A stretch of 64,000 nt of DNA from a virus (IMGVR_UViG_2974625098_000001:59622-123621), one strand, 5' to 3'; numbered from the stretch's first letter, positions 35,857-44,931 are shown. Translations and numbers: made by a program. Notes: generated from the sequence alone by a model not told the origin.

Positions 35857-35906
35857 CCGACTGCCGGGTGAAAATCCCGGCAAGCTTCCCAACGAGAGGG
35901 TGTAAA

Positions 35907-36197
35907 ATGCAGCGTCGGATTATTCGCGTTGTTTGTTGGGTTATCGGTATGGTAGGCTTTGGTCTCATGCGGGGGAACCTGCTTGACCAGAACTACCTGG
36001 CCTTTATCGGTGGCGTGGTTATTGCTGGTGTGGTCTACATCAGCTATGCTCCCGAGAAGAAGGTTGTTGAGGCTAAGCCTCTAAACCGAGAGGCCCGTCG
36101 CCACCCGAACGGCAAGGCTCCTGCTCAGAAGTTCAAGACTGTAAATGCTCGCGGTCGTCAGAAGCAGGGGAACAATAAGGCCGTTAAGGGTTGGTGA
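35907..36197 (+). CDS. membrane protein with basic tail
   Basis: RBS GAGAGGGTGTAAA then ATG 35907. Confidence 0.5.
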   Translation: MQRRIIRVVCWVIGMVGFGLMRGNLLDQNYLAFIGGVVIAGVVYISYAPEKKVVEAKPLNREARRHPNGKAPAQKFKTVNARGRQKQGNNKAVKGW

Positions 36198-36249
36198 CAC
36201 TCGGCCGGGTTATCCCGGCCAAGCTTCCATTGTCTAAGAAGGGAAAATA

Positions 36250-37122
36250 ATGCTGGAGCTAGTTCTTACTCGCGGCATTCCCGCTTCTGGTAAGTCAACC
36301 TGGGCTAAGGCTTGGGTCCTTTCCGGAAAGAACCGAGTCCGAATTAACCGTGACGATATTCGAATGCAGCTTTTCAACAAGGAGTTCGGCGTTGACGAAG
36401 ACGCTGTGACTGCCGTTGAGGATGCCATGGTTGCGGCGGCTCTTAAGGCTGGCAATTCCGTTGTGGTCGATGACTGCAACATTCAGAAGCGTTACATCAA
36501 CCGGCTGGCTGCAATTGGTCATCGGTACGGTGCAAACGTTCGGGTTGCCCAGTTCGATATTCGTCTGAGCGAGGCTCTGGAGCGGAACGCCAAGCGGGAC
36601 CGGGTTGTTCCTGAGAACGTCATCCGGGACATGTTCAAGCGTACTGGAGCGAACCTCCACGGCCCCGTAGAAAATCCGCTGGTCATCGAAAAATATGTTG
36701 CCCCAGAAGATGCCCCCGAGGCTATTCTGGTGGACATTGATGGAACCCTGGCCAAGATGGTCAACCGTGGTCCGTTCGAGTGGCACCGGGTTGAGGAAGA
36801 CGAGCCGGTTGACACGATTATCGATATCGTGGATACTGAGTGCTCAAGCGGTACTCAGATTATCGTGATGTCGGGTCGGGACGGTTCCTGCCGAGCAGAG
36901 ACCGAGCGGTGGCTTGACAAGCACGAGATTTTCCACGATGCTCTACACATGCGGGCTCCGGGGGATATGCGTAAGGACAGCATCGTGAAGTTGGAGCTGT
37001 TCAATAAGCACATCCGCCACGACTATCGAGTCAAGTACGTCCTTGACGACAGGGACCAGGTGGTTGACATGTGGCGCTCGCTTGGGCTAACCTGTCTACA
37101 GGTCGCACCGGGAGATTTTTAA
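36250..37122 (+). CDS. polynucleotide 5'-kinase / 3'-phosphatase (Pnkp, T4 Pnk-like)
   Basis: N-terminal P-loop TRGIPASGKST; C-terminal HAD phosphatase motif I ILVDIDGTLA and later DD motif. Confidence 0.7.
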   Translation: MLELVLTRGIPASGKSTWAKAWVLSGKNRVRINRDDIRMQLFNKEFGVDEDAVTAVEDAMVAAALKAGNSVVVDDCNIQKRYINRLAAIGHRYGANVRVAQFDIRLSEALERNAKRDRVVPENVIRDMFKRTGANLHGPVENPLVIEKYVAPEDAPEAILVDIDGTLAKMVNRGPFEWHRVEEDEPVDTIIDIVDTECSSGTQIIVMSGRDGSCRAETERWLDKHEIFHDALHMRAPGDMRKDSIVKLELFNKHIRHDYRVKYVLDDRDQVVDMWRSLGLTCLQVAPGDF

Positions 37123-37329
37123 ATGGCTCTTATCGGAGCGTTGTTTATCACGCTGATTGTTGGTGTGGTAGTTTTCATGTGCCTCGGCCTTCCCTATATT
37201 GCTATAGGGTTCGGCGGGCCGACCAGAAGCAATGTGTCATGCCTGATTATCGGCTTGATACTCTCTGCCTTCATGGTGTATGGTTGGTGGCACTACGTCG
37301 GAAGTAATATCCACTTTAGCTTCGGCTAA
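37123..37329 (+). CDS. small 2-TM membrane protein
   Basis: track ORF. Confidence 0.5.
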   Translation: MALIGALFITLIVGVVVFMCLGLPYIAIGFGGPTRSNVSCLIIGLILSAFMVYGWWHYVGSNIHFSFG

Positions 37330-37379
37330 ACCCGGCGGGTCTTCGGACCCGCCAAGCTTAATCTACTACGGAGGTAAAT

Positions 37380-37736
37380 ATGTCCTGGAGCGACAACCCG
37401 TACTACGACCCGTCGAAGTTCGGTCTGGAGCTGGTGGATTCCATTGAGTGGGACGGTGAGTCTTACGAGTTCAACATGACTGCCGTTTGGAAGGCGAAGC
37501 GCGGAGAGTATTACATCGGGGATGACTCGGGCTGCTCGTGCCCTGCGCCTTTCGAGAACGTCGAGAAGTTGGAGGAGCTTGACGGGCCTCACAACAAGCG
37601 TGGTCTTGAGTCGGCACTGCGGTACCGTCTTAAGCAGAACGCGCGGGATGAGAGCGAGACTTCGGGCTACCGATACGGTCGTTCTTATGCCGAGCTGGAG
37701 AAGGAAGTTCGCGAGCTGTTGGCGAAGTTGACCTAA
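37380..37736 (+). CDS. hypothetical protein
   Basis: track ORF; RBS ACGGAGGTAAAT. Confidence 0.55.
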   Translation: MSWSDNPYYDPSKFGLELVDSIEWDGESYEFNMTAVWKAKRGEYYIGDDSGCSCPAPFENVEKLEELDGPHNKRGLESALRYRLKQNARDESETSGYRYGRSYAELEKEVRELLAKLT

Positions 37737-37782
37737 TCCAGTGGGGCTTCGGCCCCAAGCTTCCCAATCTAAGGAGAGGGTA

Positions 37783-37944
37783 TGTTCAAGAAAGGCGATA
37801 AGGTTGCCTTGAAGGAGAACCCGCTTATCACTGGAACTATCCTCTACGTTAAGATGGGGATGGCTTACCATGAATATCGAGTTCTGTGGATGAATGGTCA
37901 AGAGCTTGACCACCGCGCACAGAGCATTGAACACGCGGAGTGAA
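37783..37944 (+). CDS. small protein (53 aa)
   Basis: RBS CTAAGGAGAGGGT then ATG; MFKKGDKVALKENPLITGTILYV. Confidence 0.4.
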
Positions 37945-38122
37945 ATTGAGTTCTTACGACCTGGCCCTGGGTAAGGGTGTTGTTGCAATTCAGGACACCG
38001 CTCCGGATGCAATCCGAGAGCTGGCAGACATAATCGAAACCCGTGACGGTGTTCTTCTTGCCGTGGGTATTCAGTACAACCAAGACGAGGGCGATTACAC
38101 CGCATACGCTCTCTTCGAGTAG
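37940..38122 (+). CDS. hypothetical protein
   Basis: track ORF. Confidence 0.4.
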   Translation: MKLSSYDLALGKGVVAIQDTAPDAIRELADIIETRDGVLLAVGIQYNQDEGDYTAYALFE

Positions 38123-38181
38123 TTCCGGATGGCCGGGGGAGAAATCCCCCGGCCTTTTTGGCGTTTCAAGGAGTAAATAAA

Positions 38182-38694
38182 TTGGCTAATGTTATTGGCA
38201 AGTTCGACGGAGAGAACTACTTCCTCAGTAATTTCTCTCCGTCTGAGATTATGTTCGACTACGAGGACGAGAAGTTGGTCTTCAAGAACGGCGAGGCGGC
38301 TTTTCAGGCGGCCAAGGTTAGGTCGATGGCCTCCAAGGACCCGGCAGAAAAAAGCGCCTACGTCAAAAGGCTGGAGGCTGCTTCTAGCCCCAACGATGCC
38401 AAGTACGCGGGTCGCTCCGTCAAGATTGACCTTGAGCACTGGGAAACGATTAAGGTCAAGTGCATGAGGGAGGTTGTCTTTCAGAAGTTCCAGCAGAACC
38501 CCGAGCTTCGGGTACAGCTCATGCAGACTGGCCATGCCCTGCTCGTAGAAGGAAATACCTGGGGCGATAAATTCTGGGGCCGATGCGAGGGCAAGGGCTT
38601 TAATATCCTCGGCGGGATTTTGATGGAGGTGCGTGGTTACTACCTCTGGACTGCCGAGTACAACCGTCGAGCGTTTCAAAGGGACATGGGCTAG
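38182..38694 (+). CDS. NADAR (YbiA-like) domain protein
   Basis: FLSNFSP, EAAFQAAK, GNTWGD..FWG motifs of the YbiA/NADAR fold; TTG start 8 nt after AAGGAG, in frame of track ORF 38158. Confidence 0.5.
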   Translation: MANVIGKFDGENYFLSNFSPSEIMFDYEDEKLVFKNGEAAFQAAKVRSMASKDPAEKSAYVKRLEAASSPNDAKYAGRSVKIDLEHWETIKVKCMREVVFQKFQQNPELRVQLMQTGHALLVEGNTWGDKFWGRCEGKGFNILGGILMEVRGYYLWTAEYNRRAFQRDMG

Positions 38695-38715
38695 GTAACA
38701 ATTTGGCTGGGGGAC

Positions 38716-38745
38716 TTGACAGTCCCTCAGCAAGCTCTCTACAAT
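38716..38745 (+). promoter_or_regulatory. promoter TTGACA-N18-TACAAT in an AT-rich islet
   Basis: consensus hexamers; -35 sits in the loop of hairpin GGGACT/AGTCCC. Confidence 0.5.
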
Positions 38746-38794
38746 AGTCTTTAAGAAAGAAAATAATAACAAGGAGAAGAGGTATATAAAATAT

Positions 38795-39070
38795 ATGCCT
38801 AGTGTAATGCTTGGTGAAGATGAAGTAGTAGAGATAGTAGAGCTGCTTCGAGGTATCAACCGGGATATCGGAGACCCAGAGGACTGGGGCATTCCGGATT
38901 ATCTGCTGGAGGCGATGCCAGAGAAGATGCGCAAGCACAGCTTCACCCTCGTCATCGAGTCAAACAAGGACGACCTAGACCTTGACATCGACTCTCTGCG
39001 GGCTGTAGTCTTTGGAGAAGTGAACGACGCAGAGGCCAGGGTCTCCCTGACCTTCGACGGGGTTTCGTAA
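38795..39070 (+). CDS. hypothetical acidic protein
   Basis: track ORF. Confidence 0.5.
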   Translation: MPSVMLGEDEVVEIVELLRGINRDIGDPEDWGIPDYLLEAMPEKMRKHSFTLVIESNKDDLDLDIDSLRAVVFGEVNDAEARVSLTFDGVS

Positions 39071-39083
39071 AGGAGCGAAATAA

Positions 39084-39263
39084 ATGAGCACCACTAGCCT
39101 TATCCTTTTCGTTATCGCGGGTTTGTTCCTGACGTGGCAGGTGGTGCTTGCTATTCTTGCCCACGCCATGGTCAGAAGTGGTAGATTTAACCAGGTGAAG
39201 ATTGGTATGCTTCCTCTGGTCCTTGCTACTATCTTCTGCATCATAGGAATTTTCACGCGGTAA
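39084..39263 (+). CDS. 59-aa 2-TM membrane protein
   Basis: RBS AAAGGAGCGAAATAA then ATG; below track cutoff. Confidence 0.4.
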   Translation: MSTTSLILFVIAGLFLTWQVVLAILAHAMVRSGRFNQVKIGMLPLVLATIFCIIGIFTR

Positions 39264-39315
39264 CTGCTGCCCGGTTCCCCACAACCGGGCAAAGCTTCCC
39301 TGACTAAGGAGAAAT

Positions 39316-40062
39316 ATGAAGACTCTTGTTGGCTCATTGGCAGCCCACCAATACTTTTCGGATTTCCGTGACGTAAAGGATGTTGACTTCTTCTCCGAGG
39401 AGAAAATCGACGGGGCTGAGACCTTTCACCATCCGGCTCTGGAGCAGTGGAACTGGGGTCCGGTCGCCACGGTGAATGAGCTGTACACCATTAAGGTTTC
39501 TCATGCATTCTGGAATCTACATGGAACCTGGAACAAGCACATGGGTGATATCGTCTTCTATCAGAAGAAGGATGCGCGATTCATTCAGCCTCTCTTTGAT
39601 ATTCTTTATCCCATCTGGGAGGAGAGGTATGGCAAGAAGAAGGCCAACCTGAACGCTAAGCCCGAGGATTTCTTCAACAAGAATGTCCACCGGGTATATG
39701 ACCATGACAGTATCCACCGGTCGATTGCATATTACGACCGGCCGCTTTTCGAGCGGATTCTTCGGGATGGTCATGAAGTAGCGGTTGACAGGGCCAAGTT
39801 CGAAGCGCTACCATATGTAGACAAGCTCAAGCTTGTCCGCGAGGAAGTCTACGCTACCGCTCTGGAGCGTCAGATTATCCCTAGCGAGTACCGGGCAAGT
39901 CCCCGTGCTGCATATGCCTGGGCTATGATGAAGACGGTTACGTCCTTCTCGAAGGGCTGGTTCCCTCTGTTCATCGTCCAGAATTATCAGGACCTCTTTA
40001 AGCCTGATGTGGATTATGTTAAGGTCCACCGGGAAAATACAGACAGGCTGGTGCTTCTGTGA
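39316..40062 (+). CDS. hypothetical protein (248 aa)
   Basis: track ORF; no family recognised. Confidence 0.55.
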   Translation: MKTLVGSLAAHQYFSDFRDVKDVDFFSEEKIDGAETFHHPALEQWNWGPVATVNELYTIKVSHAFWNLHGTWNKHMGDIVFYQKKDARFIQPLFDILYPIWEERYGKKKANLNAKPEDFFNKNVHRVYDHDSIHRSIAYYDRPLFERILRDGHEVAVDRAKFEALPYVDKLKLVREEVYATALERQIIPSEYRASPRAAYAWAMMKTVTSFSKGWFPLFIVQNYQDLFKPDVDYVKVHRENTDRLVLL

Positions 40063-40210
40063 AGGTCTCATGTAAACTGGGACTGCATGACTGGACCGAC
40101 TGGATTCCGCAAGTCCTACCGGCTGGGTGGGGCGGGTATCTTTGGAGGATGTCTTGCCGGAAATGCGGCAAGGCAAGATTCCTTGACGGCAAGAATAGGG
40201 AATGGTCTGA

Positions 40211-40546
40211 ATGAGTTTTACAGTCCAAGAGCTGGAAGACTGGCTCAACGACGAGGATGGCATCTCGGGATTTTACTGGGATGACCTGGACGGCGGGTAT
40301 ACCGAGTACGATTCTCCGTTTGGTAGAATCACCTGGGTAGAGACCGAGAGCAATTACGATGAAGTCAACCACTTGAAGCTGGTCTTCAAGGTTGGCGACA
40401 GGTTTTTCCTCAAGCATGGCTATTATGAGTCGTGGGCTGGAGGAGCCTGGGACGGTAACCTGTACGAGGTACGGCCTCGTGAGGTAATGGTCACAAAGTA
40501 CGAGGCGCTGAATCCTTGTGCTGAGGTTGCTGCTCCGGGTTACTGA
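40211..40546 (+). CDS. paralog family member 1 (GYYxSW...WDG..YEV.P.EV.V.KY)
   Basis: shares C-terminal motif block with ORFs at 41003, 41840 and 42228. Confidence 0.55.
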   Translation: MSFTVQELEDWLNDEDGISGFYWDDLDGGYTEYDSPFGRITWVETESNYDEVNHLKLVFKVGDRFFLKHGYYESWAGGAWDGNLYEVRPREVMVTKYEALNPCAEVAAPGY

Positions 40547-40589
40547 TTTACTGCCCCGCAAGGGGCAAGCTCGCCTTTAGGAGGTTATC

Positions 40590-40781
40590 ATGTACAAGTT
40601 CCAGATTACCGTTTTCGAGCACGAGCGCGGCTGGGGTCAGGATTATTGGTACGAGAAGTTCGATACTCCCGAAGAGGCCCAGAAGCGTATCGATGAAATC
40701 AATGGCCAGAATAAGCCCGGTCCTGCGCCGGATTACTACTTGCAGGCTTCTACCGACATCCGGGCGGTTCTGGTAGACTGA
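40590..40781 (+). CDS. hypothetical protein
   Basis: track ORF; RBS TTTAGGAGGTTATC. Confidence 0.5.
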   Translation: MYKFQITVFEHERGWGQDYWYEKFDTPEEAQKRIDEINGQNKPGPAPDYYLQASTDIRAVLVD

Positions 40782-40847
40782 AAACCTAGCCCTTCGGGGC
40801 AAGCTGCTCCTGGTATTCGAAAGGGTTCGAAACCACTAGGAGGAATT

Positions 40848-41002
40848 ATGAACGTCTGGGTTATTACTGCTGGAAACTGCACCTGCTGCAACTGGTACGT
40901 CATCGGCGTATTCACGACCGAAGAAAAGGCCAACGAAGCGGCAGAGGCAAGCGACTATCAGTACACCGAGATTGAAGAATGTGTAATTGACGAGAGGTAC
41001 TA
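40848..41002 (+). CDS. 51-aa Cys-containing protein
   Basis: RBS CTAGGAGGAATT then ATG; coordinates within 2 nt. Confidence 0.35.
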
Positions 41003-41314
41003 ATGTACACTGTCGAGCAGGTTGAATCCGCGATTACTGCAAAGTACAGCGCGTATTCCTCGGAATTCTACGACTGCATGGAGGGTCGTCCCAATCGGGA
41101 ATACTACCTTCCGGCTCTCGATGAGTTCGCTGAGTTCGTGAAGTCTTATCAGCCCGAGGACAGTGGCGAGCAGTGGCTTCTGTTCAAGGTTGGGGAGCAG
41201 TATTTCCGCAAGTACGGCTACTACAACTCTTGGGATTCTCCCGAGTGGGACGGTAGGCTTGTTGCGGTAATCCCCCGCGAGGTGACCGTCGTTAAGTTCA
41301 TCGACCAGGAGTAA
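41003..41314 (+). CDS. paralog family member 2
   Basis: FKVGEQYFRKYGYYNSWDSPEWDGRLVAVIPREVTVVKF. Confidence 0.55.
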   Translation: MYTVEQVESAITAKYSAYSSEFYDCMEGRPNREYYLPALDEFAEFVKSYQPEDSGEQWLLFKVGEQYFRKYGYYNSWDSPEWDGRLVAVIPREVTVVKFIDQE

Positions 41315-41349
41315 TCCTGGTGGGGCGCAAGCCCCAAGCTGGAGGTACA

Positions 41350-41601
41350 ATGTCTCATGTAGAAATCCGCCTGACCAAAGATATGGCGATGCGGGTCCGA
41401 AACCTATTCGATTGCCTGAATGAAGATATGCGTGCAATTGCGGCGGATATCGACAAGCAGCTCAAGCGAATGTGGGACGAGGGCCACGACCAAGAGGCAC
41501 TGTGCCTTTGTGGTCATTCTTACTACCGACACTTTGACTCCTGGGAAGGTATGGAGCCAATCGGCTGTAAGTATTGTGAGTGCGACACTTTCGAGGAGTG
41601 A
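41350..41601 (+). CDS. hypothetical Cys/His-rich protein
   Basis: RBS GGAGGTACA then ATG 41350 in frame of track ORF 41320. Confidence 0.5.
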   Translation: MSHVEIRLTKDMAMRVRNLFDCLNEDMRAIAADIDKQLKRMWDEGHDQEALCLCGHSYYRHFDSWEGMEPIGCKYCECDTFEE

Positions 41602-41602
41602 A

Positions 41603-41839
41603 ATGAATCTCTGGCAAGAACTGAGCAGAAGTCTCAAGGGCATCTTTATGAAGAAGTGCGACATGTCTGACGGTTCTGCCGAGATTTGTTTGCGCAGCCT
41701 TCGTAAGGCAGCTACTCTGGATGTTATTCTGGAGTTCAATGACCAGCTAGAACCGCCAAGCACCAACCGGCATTACAACGCCGGGTATTATGATGCTCTG
41801 GCAGACCTTGCACGATACGCTAGGACTAAGGGGAATTAA
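41603..41839 (+). CDS. hypothetical protein
   Basis: ATG 41603 in frame of track ORF 41420. Confidence 0.4.
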   Translation: MNLWQELSRSLKGIFMKKCDMSDGSAEICLRSLRKAATLDVILEFNDQLEPPSTNRHYNAGYYDALADLARYARTKGN

Positions 41840-42178
41840 ATGAGTTACACCGTTGAGCAGATTCAGGATGCCGTCCGCGCCTTCGACAGTGCGGGTGACT
41901 GGCACAGCGATGGCGAGTTCTACGACGAGATTATGTGGGCTCGCAAGGACAAGGCGGTACACCTGGACAGCCTTGGCGTGGATGCTTTCCACGTTGACCG
42001 TGTGGGTGGCTCGGAGGGTGATGGCGACCACATGGAGGTTATCTTCCGTGTTGGGGACCAGCTTTTCCGTAAGGCCGGTTACCACAACTCGTGGGACTCG
42101 AATGACTGGGACACCGATTACGGCCTTGACGAGGTTGAGGCTTTCGAGAAGACCGTAACGGACTACCGCGCCATCTGA
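41840..42178 (+). CDS. paralog family member 3
   Basis: FRVGDQLFRKAGYHNSWDSNDWDTDYGLDEV. Confidence 0.55.
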   Translation: MSYTVEQIQDAVRAFDSAGDWHSDGEFYDEIMWARKDKAVHLDSLGVDAFHVDRVGGSEGDGDHMEVIFRVGDQLFRKAGYHNSWDSNDWDTDYGLDEVEAFEKTVTDYRAI

Positions 42179-42227
42179 TTTACTGCCCCGGATTTATTCT
42201 GGGGCAAGCTCTCGACTAGGAGGAAGT

Positions 42228-42530
42228 ATGTTTACCGCTCAGCAAATCAAGGACGCCATCGAGAAGGACTGGGAGGGTGACGAGTCCGAGTTCTTTTACT
42301 GCGTTGAGGACAGCGCAGAGCTGGAGTCTCTGGGCGTTGTTGCCAAGGGCGTTGACTCTTACGGTGGTGAGGGCCAGGGTGACTCTCTCTGGGTTGTTTT
42401 CCAGATTGGTGACCAGTTCTTCGAGAAGACTGGTTATTGGCAATCCTGGGAGGGTGGCACTTGGGATGGCGACCTTTATGAGGTCGAGCCTTACGAGGTA
42501 ACCGTTACCAAGTACCGAGCCAAGCGCTAA
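42228..42530 (+). CDS. paralog family member 4
   Basis: FQIGDQFFEKTGYWQSWEGGTWDGDLYEVEPYEVTVTKY. Confidence 0.55.
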   Translation: MFTAQQIKDAIEKDWEGDESEFFYCVEDSAELESLGVVAKGVDSYGGEGQGDSLWVVFQIGDQFFEKTGYWQSWEGGTWDGDLYEVEPYEVTVTKYRAKR

Positions 42531-42563
42531 AAATCCGTGAGATTTTTGGGGATGTTCGTAAAG
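42526..42563 (+). promoter_or_regulatory. copy 3 of bipartite motif AAAAATCCGTGAGATTTTT-N-TTCGTAAAGGG
   Basis: second half embedded in hairpin GGGGATG/CATCCCC. Confidence 0.45.
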
Positions 42564-42577
42564 GGCATCCCCAAAGC

Positions 42578-42607
42578 TATTGACATCAGCTATTGCCGCC
42601 TGGTACT
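42578..42607 (+). promoter_or_regulatory. promoter TTGACA-N18-TACTAT
   Basis: consensus -35; good -10. Confidence 0.5.
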
Positions 42608-42613
42608 ATTAAA

Positions 42614-42712
42614 GTATGTTCTGGCGGACAAACAACAAATAGCTTCGAAATATCTCGTATTTCGCGATAAGCCCCGAAAGACTTCCGCCAGAGTCTTTCG
42701 GGGCTTTTTTCG
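42614..42712 (+). ncRNA. candidate small RNA (about 95 nt) ending at a strong terminator
   Basis: promoter at 42578-42607, then no ORF longer than 8 codons, then terminator GCCCCGAAAGACT-loop-AGTCTTTCGGGGC plus T6 at 42671-42712; internal complementarity TCTGGCGGA/TCCGCCAGA. Confidence 0.4.
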
Positions 42713-42759
42713 TTGCTTAGCTAATGTCAAACCCACAATTAAAAGGAAAATAAGTAAAA

Positions 42760-43689
42760 GTGAATAAGATTGATGTTCGAAAGGGCCTGGGTATTGCGTA
42801 TGCATCGTCATTCGTAATTGCCCTGGCGGCGGCTCTGGCGGTTTCAACGTGGTCTCTGCACCACCTGGGAGCGAAGTTCTTCGACCTCCCGGAATTGCTA
42901 AGCTGGGTAGTTAGTGGAATTTTTGATGTCGGTGCTCTCGGTGCTGCGATTCTCGCAACGCTTTATGCACTCGATGGTGAGTCGGGTGGCAAGGGTAAGT
43001 TCATTGCCTTCCTGATGATTGGAACGTCTGCGTTCCTGAACGCAGAACACGCGCTCATGCTGGGCCATGGATATATTGCAGCTCTGCTGTATGCGGCTCC
43101 AAGCATCGCGGCGGGTTTTCTGCTGGACCTCTTCCTTGACTGGCTCAAGTCTGGTAGCTTGAGGTCACGAGGACGAGTCCACAAGGAATTTCCTCTGGTA
43201 CGACACGCAACACTGTTCTACAACCCACGCAAGTGGATTGGCTTCTACCGCAAGGGTCTGGCTATTGACCTCCAGGTTGCCGAGAGGCAGCTAGAGGATA
43301 GGCTGACTGCCCTTGTGGAGGTCACAGAAAAGGTTGAGCCGAAGGCAATTAAGGCCACGGTCACTCGACTGGACACCGCAAAGAAGAAGCCTGTAGAAAA
43401 GAAGCCAGCCGCTAAGGCTATTGAGGCTAAGAAGCCTCGCCCCAAGAAGGTTCAGGACCCTGAGTCTGGTGCTATTCTCGGTCTCAGCGCGTTCCAGAAT
43501 ATTCCTCAGAACACGTCACACGCCAAGCTGGTGAATATTGCTATGCAGGCTGGCGTCAAGGACCGTGACGTTATCGAACAGGCTATCTTGCTGCACACTG
43601 GCAAGGCTCCAGCTCGTTCAACGCTCAACGCTTACGTTTCTCGTTGGAACCGTGAGCACAAGGACTTGCCAACCGGCATGTACCTCTGA
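42760..43689 (+). CDS. integral membrane protein (4 TM N-terminal domain, DUF2637-like) with lysine/proline-rich linker
   Basis: track ORF; GTG start. Confidence 0.5.
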   Translation: MNKIDVRKGLGIAYASSFVIALAAALAVSTWSLHHLGAKFFDLPELLSWVVSGIFDVGALGAAILATLYALDGESGGKGKFIAFLMIGTSAFLNAEHALMLGHGYIAALLYAAPSIAAGFLLDLFLDWLKSGSLRSRGRVHKEFPLVRHATLFYNPRKWIGFYRKGLAIDLQVAERQLEDRLTALVEVTEKVEPKAIKATVTRLDTAKKKPVEKKPAAKAIEAKKPRPKKVQDPESGAILGLSAFQNIPQNTSHAKLVNIAMQAGVKDRDVIEQAILLHTGKAPARSTLNAYVSRWNREHKDLPTGMYL

Positions 43690-43747
43690 TAGATTATCTG
43701 TGTCGGGCCAAGAGGCCCGGCACAAGCTACTCATCTCGGGAGTAGGC

Positions 43748-44104
43748 ATGACTGAGGTTCTGTACCACAGCGACATTTTTCTGCCCGGCTGGTTTACGGC
43801 TCCTACCCGACGTGTTAAGGTTGACTACGGTCACCACGCCAAGCGTGAGGCCCTGGCTGACCGTTATGGTGAGATTGCCCTTCCGGCATACGTAAACCTC
43901 AAGCGCTTCCGTGTTATTGAGGTTGGTGTTATCAACGGCCGGGTTTCTAAGATTCTGTTCCGTGGTAAGCTCGACAACGAGCGAGACCTCTGCATCGTCC
44001 TTATTCCTCGGGGAGACAACCCCTGGCGCTGCAAGACGGTATGGGTTAACCTGAACAGTGACAAGCACAAGACGCTTGACCGCAGCCGGTACGCTGCTGC
44101 ATAA
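43748..44104 (+). CDS. hypothetical protein
   Basis: RBS CTCGGGAGTAGGC then ATG 43748 in frame of track ORF 43538. Confidence 0.5.
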   Translation: MTEVLYHSDIFLPGWFTAPTRRVKVDYGHHAKREALADRYGEIALPAYVNLKRFRVIEVGVINGRVSKILFRGKLDNERDLCIVLIPRGDNPWRCKTVWVNLNSDKHKTLDRSRYAAA

Positions 44105-44117
44105 TTAGGGGGCAACG

Positions 44118-44288
44118 ATGAAGGACTATTCGCACCTGACTGATGCAGAGTGGGAGAAGGTTTACGCTAACATGTCCACCTGGGAGAAGACGAAAGTCAA
44201 TCTTGCGGTGGTTTTCTTCTTCATCTGCTTGACCTCTTTCTTCTGGGTTCCTGCTGGTCTTATGACTTATGTGGCGCTCAACCACTAG
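44118..44288 (+). CDS. 56-aa membrane protein
   Basis: RBS TTAGGGGGCAACG then ATG; below track cutoff. Confidence 0.35.
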   Translation: MKDYSHLTDAEWEKVYANMSTWEKTKVNLAVVFFFICLTSFFWVPAGLMTYVALNH

Positions 44289-44316
44289 CACAACCGCCCG
44301 GTTCATCCGGGCAAGC

Positions 44317-44346
44317 TTGACAGCATAAGCTGTCGCAAGGTTTAAT
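44317..44346 (+). promoter_or_regulatory. promoter TTGACA-N18-TTTAAT fused to hairpin-AAGCTT element
   Basis: AAGCTTGACA; spacer contains palindrome GACAGC-ATAA-GCTGTC. Confidence 0.45.
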
Positions 44347-44360
44347 CTCGGGAGAACGTT

Positions 44361-44651
44361 ATGGCGCAGCTTCGTCGCTCCAATCGTCGTGCTACCTTTG
44401 AGAACTGCCAGGGTCACGAGATTCCCACCATTCCGGTATCGCGCAAGCCTACCGAGGATTTCTGCCCGGTTCATCAGCGAATGATGGTCAAGTTGGCTGA
44501 CGCCAAGGCGCGCGTTCGTCATGCTGGTAAGATTGTTGTCAGCCGTGCCTCTGAGGAGAATATCGCTACGCTGACGACGGCCAAGGCGGGGGTCAAGGAG
44601 ATGAATTCTCGCATCATGGAGCACCTGCTTTCCTGCGAGACCTGCAAGTAG
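44361..44651 (+). CDS. hypothetical protein
   Basis: track ORF; RBS TCGGGAGAACGTT. Confidence 0.55.
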   Translation: MAQLRRSNRRATFENCQGHEIPTIPVSRKPTEDFCPVHQRMMVKLADAKARVRHAGKIVVSRASEENIATLTTAKAGVKEMNSRIMEHLLSCETCK

Positions 44652-44705
44652 TTTTATCGCCCGGTTGTCCGGGCAAGCTACCTCTAACGACAAGAAAGAG
44701 GGAAT

Positions 44706-44891
44706 ATGGATATTCGTACGGTTCGAATCGCGGGCTATGCACTTCTTCTGTGCTGTGCAGCTCTGCTCTCGGCTGGTAATACTGCTCTTGAGACAGACCA
44801 GACGGTTCTTGCCAACTTCGAATTCTTTATCGCTATGCTGTGCTTCACCAATGGTGGTATGGCTATTGCGATGACTAACGGCATCAAGTAA
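44706..44891 (+). CDS. small membrane protein
   Basis: track ORF. Confidence 0.5.
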   Translation: MDIRTVRIAGYALLLCCAALLSAGNTALETDQTVLANFEFFIAMLCFTNGGMAIAMTNGIK

Positions 44892-44931
44892 TGTCGTAGC
44901 CCGAAAGGGCAAGCTTCCCGCCAACAGGAGG

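Noticed and set aside
42537-42767. Track ORF 42537-42767
   Set aside because: It runs through a motif copy, a consensus promoter and a strong terminator. It is more parsimoniously a noncoding or sRNA region.
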